Source: Clostridia bacterium
GTDB taxonomy: Bacteria > Bacillota > Clostridia > Oscillospirales > Acutalibacteraceae
NCBI GenBank assembly: GCA_017434895.1
Contig: JAFSGB010000016.1
Coordinates: 23,013-87,012 of the forward strand
DNA: 64,000 bases
Direction of reading: 5' to 3'
In this document: in pieces, positions 1 to 8,326 of the stretch
Layout of the letters: each line of letters starts with the position of its first letter
How positions within the stretch are numbered: position 1 is the stretch's first letter
Made by a program: the position numbers and the translations under genes
Notes under the pieces: model-generated
The model's input: only the letters and a program-made list of their open reading frames with translations
Database searches by the model: none
What the model was told of the DNA's origin: nothing

Positions 1-123
1 CTCACACTCACATCACCATCATCATTAATGGGAAATTTAAAATTAGATTTTTTTAGGTCTGTAAAAAAGAAAAATGCGGCTTTACAAGCCGCACGCGTTG
101 AAATATAGTTTGTCTACAGTCTG

Positions 124-148
124 AAAGGAGCCTTGCGGCTCCTTTTTT
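124..148. terminator. Hairpin GGAGCC-TTGC-GGCTCC with a T6 run, just past the thrS stop. It looks like a bidirectional-type terminator.
   Basis: Inverted repeat at 127-142 read directly. T-run at 143-148 on the + strand. The A-rich 5' flank gives only a weak tail on the - strand. Confidence 0.5.
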
Positions 149-156
149 GTTTACTT

Positions 157-2100
157 TTAAATCTTCTTGGTTTCGATTTCCTCTACAGCAAGCTTAATAT
201 AATCCTCAAGAGCCATAGTGCCAAGGTCACCGTCCTCACCCCTGCGACGAACGGAAACTTCACCCTTTTCAACCTCACTGTCACCGATTATGAGCATATA
301 AGGCACCTTTTGGAGTCTCGCTTCACGAATTTTGTAGCCGATTTTCTCGTTACGGTCGTCAAGCTCAACCCTTATACCCTTTGCTTCCAACTGTTTTTTA
401 ACATCATAAGCATAGTCAAGATGCCTGTCCGCAATGGGAAGAATTTTAACTCCTACAGGCGCTAACCACATGGGGAATGCGCCCGCATATTTTTCGATTA
501 AGAGCGCCAAGGTTCTTTCGTAGCAGCCGATAGAGGTTCGGTGAATAATATAAGGATTTTTCTTTTGACCGTCCTTATCAACATACTCCATACCGAACTT
601 TTCAGCCAGCATTTGGTCAATTTGAATGGTGATAAGGGTATCCTCCTTGCCGTAAACATTCTTAATTTGAATGTCAAGCTTAGGACCGTAGAAAGCAGCC
701 TCACCGATACCAACCTTGTAGGGAATTTCAAGGTGATCGAGGATTTTAGCCATAATGCCCTGAGCTTCATTCCACTGCTCGGGAGTACCAATGTACTTTT
801 CGGTGTCACTGGGGTCCCACTGAGAGAATCGGTAGGAAACGTCCTCGTAAAGACCAAGGGTTTTTAACATATAAATTGCTAACTCTAAGCAAGAACGGAA
901 CTCCTGTTCCAACTGTTCTGGGGTGCACATTAGGTGACCCTCGGAAATGGTGAACTGACGAACTCTAATCAAACCGTGCATTTCGCCCGATTCCTCGTTA
1001 CGGAAAAGGGTCGAGGTCTCATTGTACCTTAAAGGCAAATCTCTGTAAGAACGGGCGCGGTTCAAATATGCCTGATACTGGAACGGACAGGTCATAGGGC
1101 GAAGCGCAAAGCATTCCTTGGTTTCATCCTCGGGGTCGCCGAGGACAAACATACCGTCCAAATAATGGTCCCAGTGACCTGACAATTTATAAAGTTCACG
1201 CTTAGCCATATAAGGAGTTTTGGTTAACTGCCAACCTCTCTTAAATTCCTCGTCCTCCACAAAGCGTTGTAGAGTTTGAATAATTTTGGCACCCTTTGGA
1301 AGCATTATGGGAAGTCCCTGACCGATAACATCGGCAGTGGTGAAAATTTCAAGCTCACGGCCTAATTTATTGTGGTCGCGTTTCTTAGCCTCTTCAAGCA
1401 TTGTAAGGTGCTCCTCGAGCAGGGAAGCCTTGGGAAAAGCGGTGCCGTAAACTCGGCAAAGCATTTTATTGTCACTGCTTCCTCTCCAATAAGCGCCTGT
1501 GGCAGAGGTCAGCTTGAATGCCTTAACTACACCTGTGCTCATAAGGTGGGCGCCGGCGCAAAGGTCCACAAAATCACCTTGAGAATAAAATGAAATTTCC
1601 TCACCCTTGTCAATAGCCTCCACAAGCTCTACCTTATAATGCTCGTTCTTTTCCTTAAAATAGGCAATAGCCTCGTCGCGGGACATTGTAAAACGCTCAA
1701 TTTTTATGTCCTCTTTAACGATTTTTTTCATTTCCTCCTCAATTTTAATTAGGTCATCAGAGGTAAAATTCTGCTCCACATCAAAGTCGTAATAAAATCC
1801 GTCGTCGACTGCGGGACCGATTGTAACCAAAGCCTTAGGGAACAAACGCTTAACAGCCTGCGCCATAATGTGGGACGCAGTGTGGCGGAAGGTCCACTTG
1901 CCATAATCGTCATCAAAGGTTAAAATTTCTAAATTACAGTCTTGGGTCAACACGGTTCTTAAATCCTTGTTTTCACCATTAATTCTAACAGCACATGCCT
2001 GTTTGGCTAAACCCATACTGATTTCCTTTGCTACCTCATAGGCGGTAATGCCATTTTCAAATTCCTTTACAACATCGCCCTTTAAAGTTACTTTAATCAT
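157..2100 (-). CDS. thrS: Threonyl-tRNA synthetase
   Basis: 647-aa ORF with a TGS-like N-terminus (MIKVTLKGD..), class II core motifs (FRNEESGEMHGLIRVRQF) and a C-terminal anticodon domain. A T-box leader lies upstream. Confidence 0.95.
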   Translation of the reverse strand: MIKVTLKGDVVKEFENGITAYEVAKEISMGLAKQACAVRINGENKDLRTVLTQDCNLEILTFDDDYGKWTFRHTASHIMAQAVKRLFPKALVTIGPAVDDGFYYDFDVEQNFTSDDLIKIEEEMKKIVKEDIKIERFTMSRDEAIAYFKEKNEHYKVELVEAIDKGEEISFYSQGDFVDLCAGAHLMSTGVVKAFKLTSATGAYWRGSSDNKMLCRVYGTAFPKASLLEEHLTMLEEAKKRDHNKLGRELEIFTTADVIGQGLPIMLPKGAKIIQTLQRFVEDEEFKRGWQLTKTPYMAKRELYKLSGHWDHYLDGMFVLGDPEDETKECFALRPMTCPFQYQAYLNRARSYRDLPLRYNETSTLFRNEESGEMHGLIRVRQFTISEGHLMCTPEQLEQEFRSCLELAIYMLKTLGLYEDVSYRFSQWDPSDTEKYIGTPEQWNEAQGIMAKILDHLEIPYKVGIGEAAFYGPKLDIQIKNVYGKEDTLITIQIDQMLAEKFGMEYVDKDGQKKNPYIIHRTSIGCYERTLALLIEKYAGAFPMWLAPVGVKILPIADRHLDYAYDVKKQLEAKGIRVELDDRNEKIGYKIREARLQKVPYMLIIGDSEVEKGEVSVRRRGEDGDLGTMALEDYIKLAVEEIETKKI

Positions 2101-2104
2101 AAAT

Positions 2105-2345
2105 TCTCCTCCAAAAAAATAAAAACTCCGTCCCAGAAAACTGGGACGAAGTATAATTACTCCGCGGTTCCACCCGTATTTTCGGTTGCCCGAACACTCA
2201 TTATCTTTAACGCAGATTTACGGCACTGAGTTGTTACCCTCAGGCACTCAAAGGCGGTCTCACCAAAGCTTTCATTATGCGGGCTTTCAGCTAATGCCCA
2301 CACTCTCTAAAATGTCTGACTAAGGCTACTGTCCTTATCATCGTT
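2105..2345 (-). promoter_or_regulatory. T-box leader riboswitch controlling thrS, with a candidate ACC (Thr) specifier
   Basis: The - strand reads GATGATAAGGACAGTAG (stem I base), AGAGAG, and the T-box motif AATACGGGTGGAACCGCGG (2161-2179). This is followed by terminator CGTCCCAG-loop-CTGGGACG (2129-2148) and a U-run (2112-2126). Confidence 0.85.
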
Positions 2346-2355
2346 TTACTTGTTC

Positions 2356-2384
2356 ATTTTACAACCCATATTATTATTTGTCAA
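2356..2384 (-). promoter_or_regulatory. Sigma-A type promoter of the thrS leader
   Basis: On the - strand: TTGACA (2379-2384), 17-nt spacer, TAAAAT (2356-2361). Confidence 0.6.
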
Positions 2385-2416
2385 GACTTTTGATTACAAA
2401 AGTATAATATATATTT

Positions 2417-3012
2417 TTATTTTTTTCTTTCTAAAATATATCTCACATCACACATTTTTGCGACCTCGGGTGAATGGCCTACAAGAATTACGCACTTGCC
2501 CGAATCGGTTAAACGACGGAAAATTTCCATAATTTCATTTTGAGTATCAATATCCAAATTGCCGGTCGGCTCGTCTGCTAAAATAATGTCGGGGTCATAA
2601 GAAATTGCCCTTACAATGGCAACACGCTGTTGCTGACCGCCGGAGAGAAGTAGCACTCGGCGGTTTGCCTCGTCCTCGTCTAAGCCGACATTTTTAAGCA
2701 CTTCCATTGCTCTTGCCTTTTTATCTACACCTTTAACGCCTGCAATATCCATAGAAAGCACTACGCTTTCAAGAGCGGTAAATTTAGTGAGCAGGTTAAA
2801 GCTTTGGAAAACCACCCCCATATGGCAGCTGCGGAATTTGTATTTATCTATTTTGGCAATATTTTTCCGTCATATGTGATTTCCCCTTCGGTAGGGTTTG
2901 CAAGACCAGAAAGTACCGACAAAAGGGTGGTCTTTCCCGCACCCGATTTGCCCGTTATGCAGTACATTTTACCCATATCGAATTGAAGGGAAAGATTTTT
3001 GAAAATATACAA
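2417..3012 (-). pseudogene. Orphan ABC transporter ATP-binding protein (MacB/FtsE-like), frameshifted
   Basis: The N-terminal piece (2848-3012, TTG start after GGAGGAGGA) encodes Walker A GKSGAGKTTLL and then hits TAG. The -1 frame continues as KNIAKIDKYKFRSCHMGVVFQSFNLL..LSGGQQQRV..ILADEPTGNLD (ORF 2417-2821). The break lies in an A5/T5 run at 2862-2866. No permease gene is adjacent. Confidence 0.8.
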
Positions 3013-3334
3013 GGTGTCCTCCTCCAAAAAATTAAGATAAGGTAAGTATATAGGTGTTTTTTTACCTTTTTTTGTCGTAAATATTACGACAATATAAATT
3101 TTTACATAAAATTTTCTAAAAGGAATGAGTCCGTTACAAAACCGAGCTCATTCACTTGCAATTTAATATTTAATTTTTTCTAAACTTTGGGGTTCACTTC
3201 AATTATACTTAGAGGTTTAATTCTCTCCAATATTTCTTTGTGGCCTGGCACTCGCCTCGCCACTTTTTATTGTAGCCTTGCTCGCTTTTTTCCCCGATAG
3301 AACTGGGGTTTATTTCCACGTCTAAAGACACCAA

Positions 3335-3374
3335 AGAGGCATTCTCACGAATGGATTTTTGTGAGAATGCCTCT
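3335..3374 (-). terminator. 14-bp hairpin downstream of rubredoxin
   Basis: AGAGGCATTCTCAC..GTGAGAATGCCTCT inverted repeat. It lies 9 nt past the rubredoxin stop and has only a short TTTGG tail. Confidence 0.55.
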
Positions 3375-3382
3375 TAAAGTTT

Positions 3383-3538
3383 TTATTCTTCCTCGAACAT
3401 ATCTTTTGAGAGTCCGCATACGGGACATACCCAGCTATCAGGCACATCCTCCCAAGCAATGCCGGGGGCTACGCCGTTATCGGGGTCGCCCACCTCAGGG
3501 TCGTAAACAAATCCGCAAGGACAAACATACTTTTTCAT
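3383..3538 (-). CDS. Rubredoxin
   Basis: [22 protein letters not shown], i.e. two CxxC pairs. I chose the ATG at 3538, preceded by AAAGAGGTG, over the longer track ORF start. Confidence 0.9.
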   Translation of the reverse strand: MKKYVCPCGFVYDPEVGDPDNGVAPGIAWEDVPDSWVCPVCGLSKDMFEEE

Positions 3539-3551
3539 TAATTTCACCTCT

Positions 3552-3953
3552 TTAATCAACTTCTTTTGTATTTTTAATAATACTGCCGTCGGCGGCATTT
3601 ATATCGTAAGAATATTCATAACCACCATTTTCGAAGTCGACCTCCCATTCAGTGTGGGAAAAATCGCGGTCCAACTCGGCAGTAAGGTTTATAACCTCAT
3701 TTTCTTTGAATCCCGCGTGGTCAAGAGTAATTTTAATTGCCTTTTCACGGGTTATTAACACTTCGGATGATACATCTTGTGAAACACTTGGGTTTGTCGA
3801 CTCTGAAACCGTAGCACTATTAAGCGATGATTCCGAAACAGTACTGTTTTGAGACGCCTTGTCAGTGTCCGCATTTCCATCCAATTTGGTATCGCAAGCT
3901 GAAACATACAAAACAAAAACCAAGGATAAAATAATTGCAAATAACTTTTTCAT
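3552..3953 (-). CDS. PepSY-domain lipoprotein
   Basis: Signal peptide with lipobox (LYVSAC), a Ser-rich linker, and a PepSY-like C-terminus ([40 protein letters not shown]). AGGAGG RBS. Confidence 0.7.
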   Translation of the reverse strand: MKKLFAIILSLVFVLYVSACDTKLDGNADTDKASQNSTVSESSLNSATVSESTNPSVSQDVSSEVLITREKAIKITLDHAGFKENEVINLTAELDRDFSHTEWEVDFENGGYEYSYDINAADGSIIKNTKEVD

Positions 3954-4016
3954 GAAATTACCTCCTTAGTTTAGTTTCCAAAAAAGGAGAGCGATTATTC
4001 ACTCCCCTTTTAATAA

Positions 4017-4559
4017 TTACTTAAAGTAACGGGCGAGAAGTCCCTCAAATGCCTTGCCGTGTCTTGCTTCATCGCGTGCCATTTCATGAACGGTATCATG
4101 AATAGCATCAAGATTTAGCTCCTTAGCAAGCTTTGCAAGTTCAAACTTGCCCATGGTAGCGCCGTTTTCAGCATCTACGCGCATTTCAAGATTTTTCTTG
4201 GTAGAGTCGGTTACAACCTCACCGAGAAGCTCGGCAAACTTTGCAGCGTGCTCAGCCTCTTCAAAGGCTGCTTTTTCCCAGTACATACCGATTTCGGGGT
4301 AACCCTCTCTGTGAGCAACGCGCGCCATTGCAAGATACATACCAACCTCACAGCACTCGCCGTTAAAGTTCTCGCGAAGACCGGAAATGATTCTCTCATC
4401 AACGCCTTTTGCTACGCCTACAACGTGCTCTGCCGCCCAAGACTTTTCACCTGCCTGCTCTTGGAACTTGGAAGCAGGAGCATTACAAATGGGGCACTTT
4501 TCAGGAGCAGAGTCTCCCTCGTGAACATAACCGCAGATTAAACAAACATACTTTTTCAT
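4017..4559 (-). CDS. rbr: Reverse rubrerythrin (N-terminal rubredoxin-like domain plus ferritin-like diiron domain)
   Basis: The N-terminus [15 protein letters not shown] is followed by diiron ExxH-type motifs ([21 protein letters not shown]). Confidence 0.85.
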   Translation of the reverse strand: MKKYVCLICGYVHEGDSAPEKCPICNAPASKFQEQAGEKSWAAEHVVGVAKGVDERIISGLRENFNGECCEVGMYLAMARVAHREGYPEIGMYWEKAAFEEAEHAAKFAELLGEVVTDSTKKNLEMRVDAENGATMGKFELAKLAKELNLDAIHDTVHEMARDEARHGKAFEGLLARYFK

Positions 4560-4598
4560 TTTAAATTACCTCTCAATAATATTTTTTATATTAAACCG

Positions 4599-4988
4599 CT
4601 ATTGCGGATTTAAGCTGTTGCTTTTACAAGCCGCGCAGTACCCGCGCACCACGTAAACTGGTATTTCGGGTACGAAACCATAATCTTCACTTAAACTTGC
4701 AATTGGGTCGCTTTTGAGGCGAGCGTCAATAATTTTTCCGCAAGCTTTACAACTCAGATGCAGATGTGGTGAGGTGTCATAATCGAAATGCTCCTTGCCG
4801 TCTCCCACATCGACGCTCAAAACCATACCCGATTGCCTTAAATCGGCAAGATTTCTGTAAACTGTTCCAAGGCTTATGTTGGGGATAAGCTTTCTTACTT
4901 CGGTATAAATCCAGTCGGCGGTAGGATGTGTATCGGTGGAGCTTATTACCGATAAAATCGCCTCGCGCTGTCGAGAATAGTTTTTCAT
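4599..4988 (-). CDS. Fur-family transcriptional regulator, PerR-like by context
   Basis: QREAIL..HPTADWIY..ISLGTVYRNL winged helix. CKACG and C-terminal CAAC zinc motifs. First gene of the rubrerythrin/rubredoxin operon. Confidence 0.8.
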   Translation of the reverse strand: MKNYSRQREAILSVISSTDTHPTADWIYTEVRKLIPNISLGTVYRNLADLRQSGMVLSVDVGDGKEHFDYDTSPHLHLSCKACGKIIDARLKSDPIASLSEDYGFVPEIPVYVVRGYCAACKSNSLNPQ

Positions 4989-5016
4989 TGCTTTAACTCC
5001 ATCTAAATTTAAAATC

Positions 5017-5062
5017 AGTAACGATTACTATTTTATTATACACATATTTTTATATTTGTCAA
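5017..5062 (-). promoter_or_regulatory. Promoter of the perR-like operon with a candidate Fur/PerR-type operator
   Basis: On the - strand: TTGACA (5057-5062), 16-nt spacer, TATAAT (5035-5040). The palindrome AGTAA-CGA-TTACT (5017-5029) lies just downstream of the -10. Confidence 0.45.
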
Positions 5063-5116
5063 TACTTTTTTGAAAATTTTTTTGCTCCGTAGTTTATAAT
5101 CCGACATTTAAATTTC

Positions 5117-5145
5117 TTGACAATTATTTTTAAAAGTAATATTAT
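5117..5145 (+). promoter_or_regulatory. Promoter of rex
   Basis: TTGACA (5117-5122), 17-nt spacer, TATTAT (5140-5145). Confidence 0.5.
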
Positions 5146-5178
5146 ATATGTATTATTTGAGAGATGAGGAAAAATATT

Positions 5179-5832
5179 ATGCAAAGTAGCGTAATTTCAA
5201 ACTCAGTAATTAAACGCTTGCCCCGTTACTACCGTTTTTTAGGGGAATTAAAGGCTCAGGGAATGACCAGAATCTCCTCTAAGGAGCTGTCTGACAGAAT
5301 GGGTCTTACCGCAAGCCAAATTAGACAAGACCTCAACTGTTTTGGTGGCTTCGGTCAGCAAGGCTACGGTTATAATATTGAGCTTTTACAGTCTGAAATT
5401 GCAAAAATTTTAGGACTGGATGTCCCAAAAAACGCAATTCTAATCGGTATGGGCAATCTCGGTAAAGCTGTTACGATGCACATGAATTTTGAAAATAAAG
5501 GCTTTCATATTATAGGTCTTTTTGACAGCAAAGAGTCTCTTGTGGGTCAAGTTGTCAAAAATCTCCCTATTAGACATACCGACGATATTGACGAATTTTG
5601 CCGTGAAAACCGTCCCCAAATTGCAATTTTGTGTATCCCTAAGGAAGCGGCAGGCAATATTGTCGGGCAACTTATTAATCTTGGCATTAAGGGCTTTTGG
5701 AATTTCAGTCACTATGATATTACCCTTAACCATAAGGATATTGTGGTGGAGAATGTTCACCTTAGCGACAGCTTAATGACACTGTCCTATCAATTAATAA
5801 ACAAGCAAACTAAAATCCCTACCTTTCGGTAG
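5179..5832 (+). CDS. rex: Redox-sensing transcriptional repressor Rex
   Basis: IKRLPRYYRFL..SSKELS..ASQIRQDLNCFGGFGQQGYGY plus a Rossmann GMGNLG motif. The ATG at 5179 has a GAGGA RBS; the alternative ATG is at 5164. Confidence 0.9.
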   Translation: MQSSVISNSVIKRLPRYYRFLGELKAQGMTRISSKELSDRMGLTASQIRQDLNCFGGFGQQGYGYNIELLQSEIAKILGLDVPKNAILIGMGNLGKAVTMHMNFENKGFHIIGLFDSKESLVGQVVKNLPIRHTDDIDEFCRENRPQIAILCIPKEAAGNIVGQLINLGIKGFWNFSHYDITLNHKDIVVENVHLSDSLMTLSYQLINKQTKIPTFR

Positions 5833-5845
5833 GGATTAATTTTTT
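5814..5845 (+). terminator. rex terminator
   Basis: AATCCCTACC-TTTC-GGTAGGGATT followed by a T-run. The stop codon sits inside the stem. Confidence 0.75.
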
Positions 5846-5909
5846 ATCCATTTTCTTTGCGATACTTTGCGATACATAGATAAACCGTTTTACAAAATTG
5901 GACTGCCCG

Positions 5910-6077
5910 ACACCAGTGTGTCAATATAGGCCCAACAAAAAAACACAAAGGATTTTTAAAGTTATTCAACAATGTTTGCCTTTTTCTTTTTTATAAGTAA
6001 TACTGCCGTAATACCACAGCCGATAAGAACAACCACTGCAATTGCAATAATCACCTAAAATGTATTATTACCGCCGC
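5910..6077. repeat. 168-bp direct repeat, copy A (164/168 identical to 8326-8493)
   Basis: Aligned base by base at a fixed offset of 2416 bp. A weaker similarity extends left (5884-5909 vs 8300-8325). Confidence 0.95.
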
Positions 6078-6216
6078 AATAACCGCTCTGCTCAATAAGC
6101 ATCGTTTTTGCACCCATGCGTGCCGGAGCAAGAGCAGCACAAAGGCCCGCCGGTGCGCCACCTATTACCAAAACCTCTGTGCTTTCTGTTAATAATTTTT
6201 TGTTTATTCTGTCATT
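5962..6216 (-). pseudogene. Chimeric gene remnant: the N-terminus of an FAD-dependent oxidoreductase joined to a copy of the surface-protein C-terminal membrane anchor
   Basis: The - strand reads ..[81 protein letters not shown]. There is no in-frame ATG before the GxGxxG motif, and an in-frame stop at 6055-6057. Confidence 0.75.
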
Positions 6217-6882
6217 TTATTTGCTCTCCATTTTTGTATGAAGAACTCTTGCAACCTCTTTTCCCAAAAGGGCAAAGGAGTCGGGAGTCAGGTGACAAGT
6301 GTCGATATAGTGTTTACTTTCCCAATTTTTCATATATTTATTAAGATCATTGATTTCCACACCGTTTTCCGTTGCAATATCACATGCAATTTTATTGTAC
6401 TTATCAATCGTTTCGTTTGAGCGCGGGTTTATACCGCCCGTCGAACCGCCGTCAGGATTCATTGGTGTTGTCGTTGCAAAAATAAGTTGAGCATTTGGGA
6501 AAAAGCGACGCAAAAGCGTGATAATCATTTGTATGTTTTTTGCATACTCATCCTCACTCGTAAGCGAAAGACTGTAGCCGTTCCAATGCGCCACGTCCCA
6601 ATGCCCGCAGTTAAAATGCACGATATCAACAAGCTCGGGTCTGTCAAACATTGCCGACCACCTTTTGAGAGAGAATATAACAAATTGCGTACTGCGGCAG
6701 TTTTCATTGACATAAAACACCTGTGCAATGTCTGCCAGATTTTCTCTTGCGGTAGCACAATATCCGCGGCGTATAGAATCGCCTATTAAAAATATGTTCT
6801 TTTTCTGTTCACTGCAAACAAATTTAGTTGCGGTTTCGCCATTTTCGATCCATTTCATAGTTTTATCACCCTGTTCTTTCAT
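6217..6882 (-). CDS. SGNH/GDSL-type hydrolase (esterase)
   Basis: The IFLIGDSIRRGY block I (GDS) is followed by conserved blocks ending in ..DTCHLT. AGGAGG RBS before the ATG at 6882. Confidence 0.75.
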   Translation of the reverse strand: MKEQGDKTMKWIENGETATKFVCSEQKKNIFLIGDSIRRGYCATARENLADIAQVFYVNENCRSTQFVIFSLKRWSAMFDRPELVDIVHFNCGHWDVAHWNGYSLSLTSEDEYAKNIQMIITLLRRFFPNAQLIFATTTPMNPDGGSTGGINPRSNETIDKYNKIACDIATENGVEINDLNKYMKNWESKHYIDTCHLTPDSFALLGKEVARVLHTKMESK

Positions 6883-7291
6883 ATATTTTTCCTCCTTGCG
6901 TATTTATCAGCAGTCTTTTACCAAAAAAGCACAACACTCAACCTCTTCATCAGCAAAAGGTGTATTTGACAAATCCTCGCAAAGCTCCATTTTTTGTTTT
7001 GAAGGTCTATTACACGCAAGCCATTGGGGTATTCTTTATTCCCTTTTCCCAACATATACCGGTGTGATACAAGATAAAAACTGTACGATTGTAAACAGCA
7101 AACCCCTGTACACTTAGCCTTTTGCCGGCAAAAGAATCAGTCGGATTATAAATTTCCATAAATAATTTATACATTTTTTGCTTCCTTTGATTGACTTTTT
7201 GCGCTTTTTGTTTTATTGTATTATTAAAGAATTGCATATGTCAACCCCGATATGTGATGTAAATATATGTTTTTGTGATATAGAGGGTACT

Positions 7292-8191
7292 ATGAAACAA
7301 AAAATACTGAACAATTTAAAAAAAGGGAAATATTTAAAAAAGATATCCGATATCGGATATCTAAGCATTGATGGTTGGACAGATTATCTCATATCCGAAA
7401 AAATAATATTTTCTCACAGAACAAATGATTATTACTCGGTGGAGCTCCCCGAAAATCTGCACGCACACGACTATTTTGAACTGACTCTCATTCCTGCAGG
7501 ACAAAGCGTTGAATACGTTTCAGACGGGCAAAGCATTGGTCTGAAAAATGGTATTGCCATTTTAACACAACCGATGAAAATGCATATGTTTCGCTTAAAA
7601 AAACCTATTCTTTACGATAGATTCGTGATTTATTTCAAGGATGTTGTAAACATTTTTCCGGATAATAAAATAATGGACTTTATCAGAGTTGAAAACGACT
7701 CTTCCAATGTATTTGAGCTGAATGAAAAAATGATAGCTTTAATAAAATCGGCTGAGCGGGAATTACACAATGACGGCTCGCCGTATTTTGCCGCCAGAGC
7801 TTACCTTGACATCTGCAGCTTATTTGCTGAGCTTTCTGACCGCAAACCTATTCCGCTTGCCAATAACTACACACCTCATTTTATAATCAAAATCAAAGAG
7901 TATATTGACAAAAACTATTTGACGATTCATTCTGTAACTGAGGTGGCGCAAAAGTTTTTTTACAGCCGAGAGTATGTATCGCGTTCCTTCAGGCAATATT
8001 ACAACACGCCAATTTACGAGTATATTCTAAAGAGAAAGATGATTTATTGTTGCATTCTGTTACAGCAAGGAGAACATATTGAAAATGCTGCACATCGGGC
8101 AGGTTTTTACAACATGCCGAGCTTCGTTAAATTGTTTCGTAAATTTAACGGTTGCACACCATCTGAATATGCAAAAGCATCCCGAAAATGA
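7292..8191 (+). CDS. AraC-family transcriptional regulator
   Basis: C-terminal double HTH (VAQKFFYSREYVSRSFRQYYNTP..HRAGFYNMPSFVKLFRKFNGCTPSEY). I prefer the ATG at 7292 (AGAGGG RBS) over the track start at 7178. Confidence 0.8.
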   Translation: MKQKILNNLKKGKYLKKISDIGYLSIDGWTDYLISEKIIFSHRTNDYYSVELPENLHAHDYFELTLIPAGQSVEYVSDGQSIGLKNGIAILTQPMKMHMFRLKKPILYDRFVIYFKDVVNIFPDNKIMDFIRVENDSSNVFELNEKMIALIKSAERELHNDGSPYFAARAYLDICSLFAELSDRKPIPLANNYTPHFIIKIKEYIDKNYLTIHSVTEVAQKFFYSREYVSRSFRQYYNTPIYEYILKRKMIYCCILLQQGEHIENAAHRAGFYNMPSFVKLFRKFNGCTPSEYAKASRK

Positions 8192-8205
8192 TCGGGATGC
8201 TTTTT
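8177..8205 (+). terminator. araC-family gene terminator
   Basis: GCATCCCGA-loop-TCGGGATGC followed by TTTTT. The stop codon is in the loop. Confidence 0.75.
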
Positions 8206-8206
8206 G

Positions 8207-8326
8207 CTATTCTCCTGCCGAGAGCATATTTTCGATAAAGATGGCGTAGCCGCGGGTGCTTTCATCGACAAGCACGTGGGTCACGGCACCAACCAGTTTT
8301 CCGTTTTGCAAAATGGGGCTTCCCAA
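8207..8326 (-). pseudogene. Detached 3' fragment of a spoIVB-like (peptidase S55) gene
   Basis: The - strand encodes [39 protein letters not shown]. Positions 8274-8320 match the intact spoIVB at 10806-10852 in 46 of 47 nt, after which the two diverge. There is no upstream coding continuation. Confidence 0.8.

Noticed and set aside
1-28. Possible 3' end of a + strand gene with a His-rich tail (frame 2: SHSHHHHH*)
   Set aside because: Only eight codons are visible, so this cannot be distinguished from chance.
3151-3207. Direct repeat TTCACTTGCAATTTA / TTCACTT-CAATTATA 42 nt apart upstream of the broken ABC ATPase, a possible response-regulator site
   Set aside because: The match is a single short AT-rich pair next to a pseudogene, and no regulator gene is nearby. 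It is too weak to call.
5060-5116. Rex operator (TTGTGAA/TTGTTAA-N4-TTAACAA type) in the perR-rex intergenic region
   Set aside because: No inverted repeat resembling the Rex consensus is visible. Only T/A runs are present.
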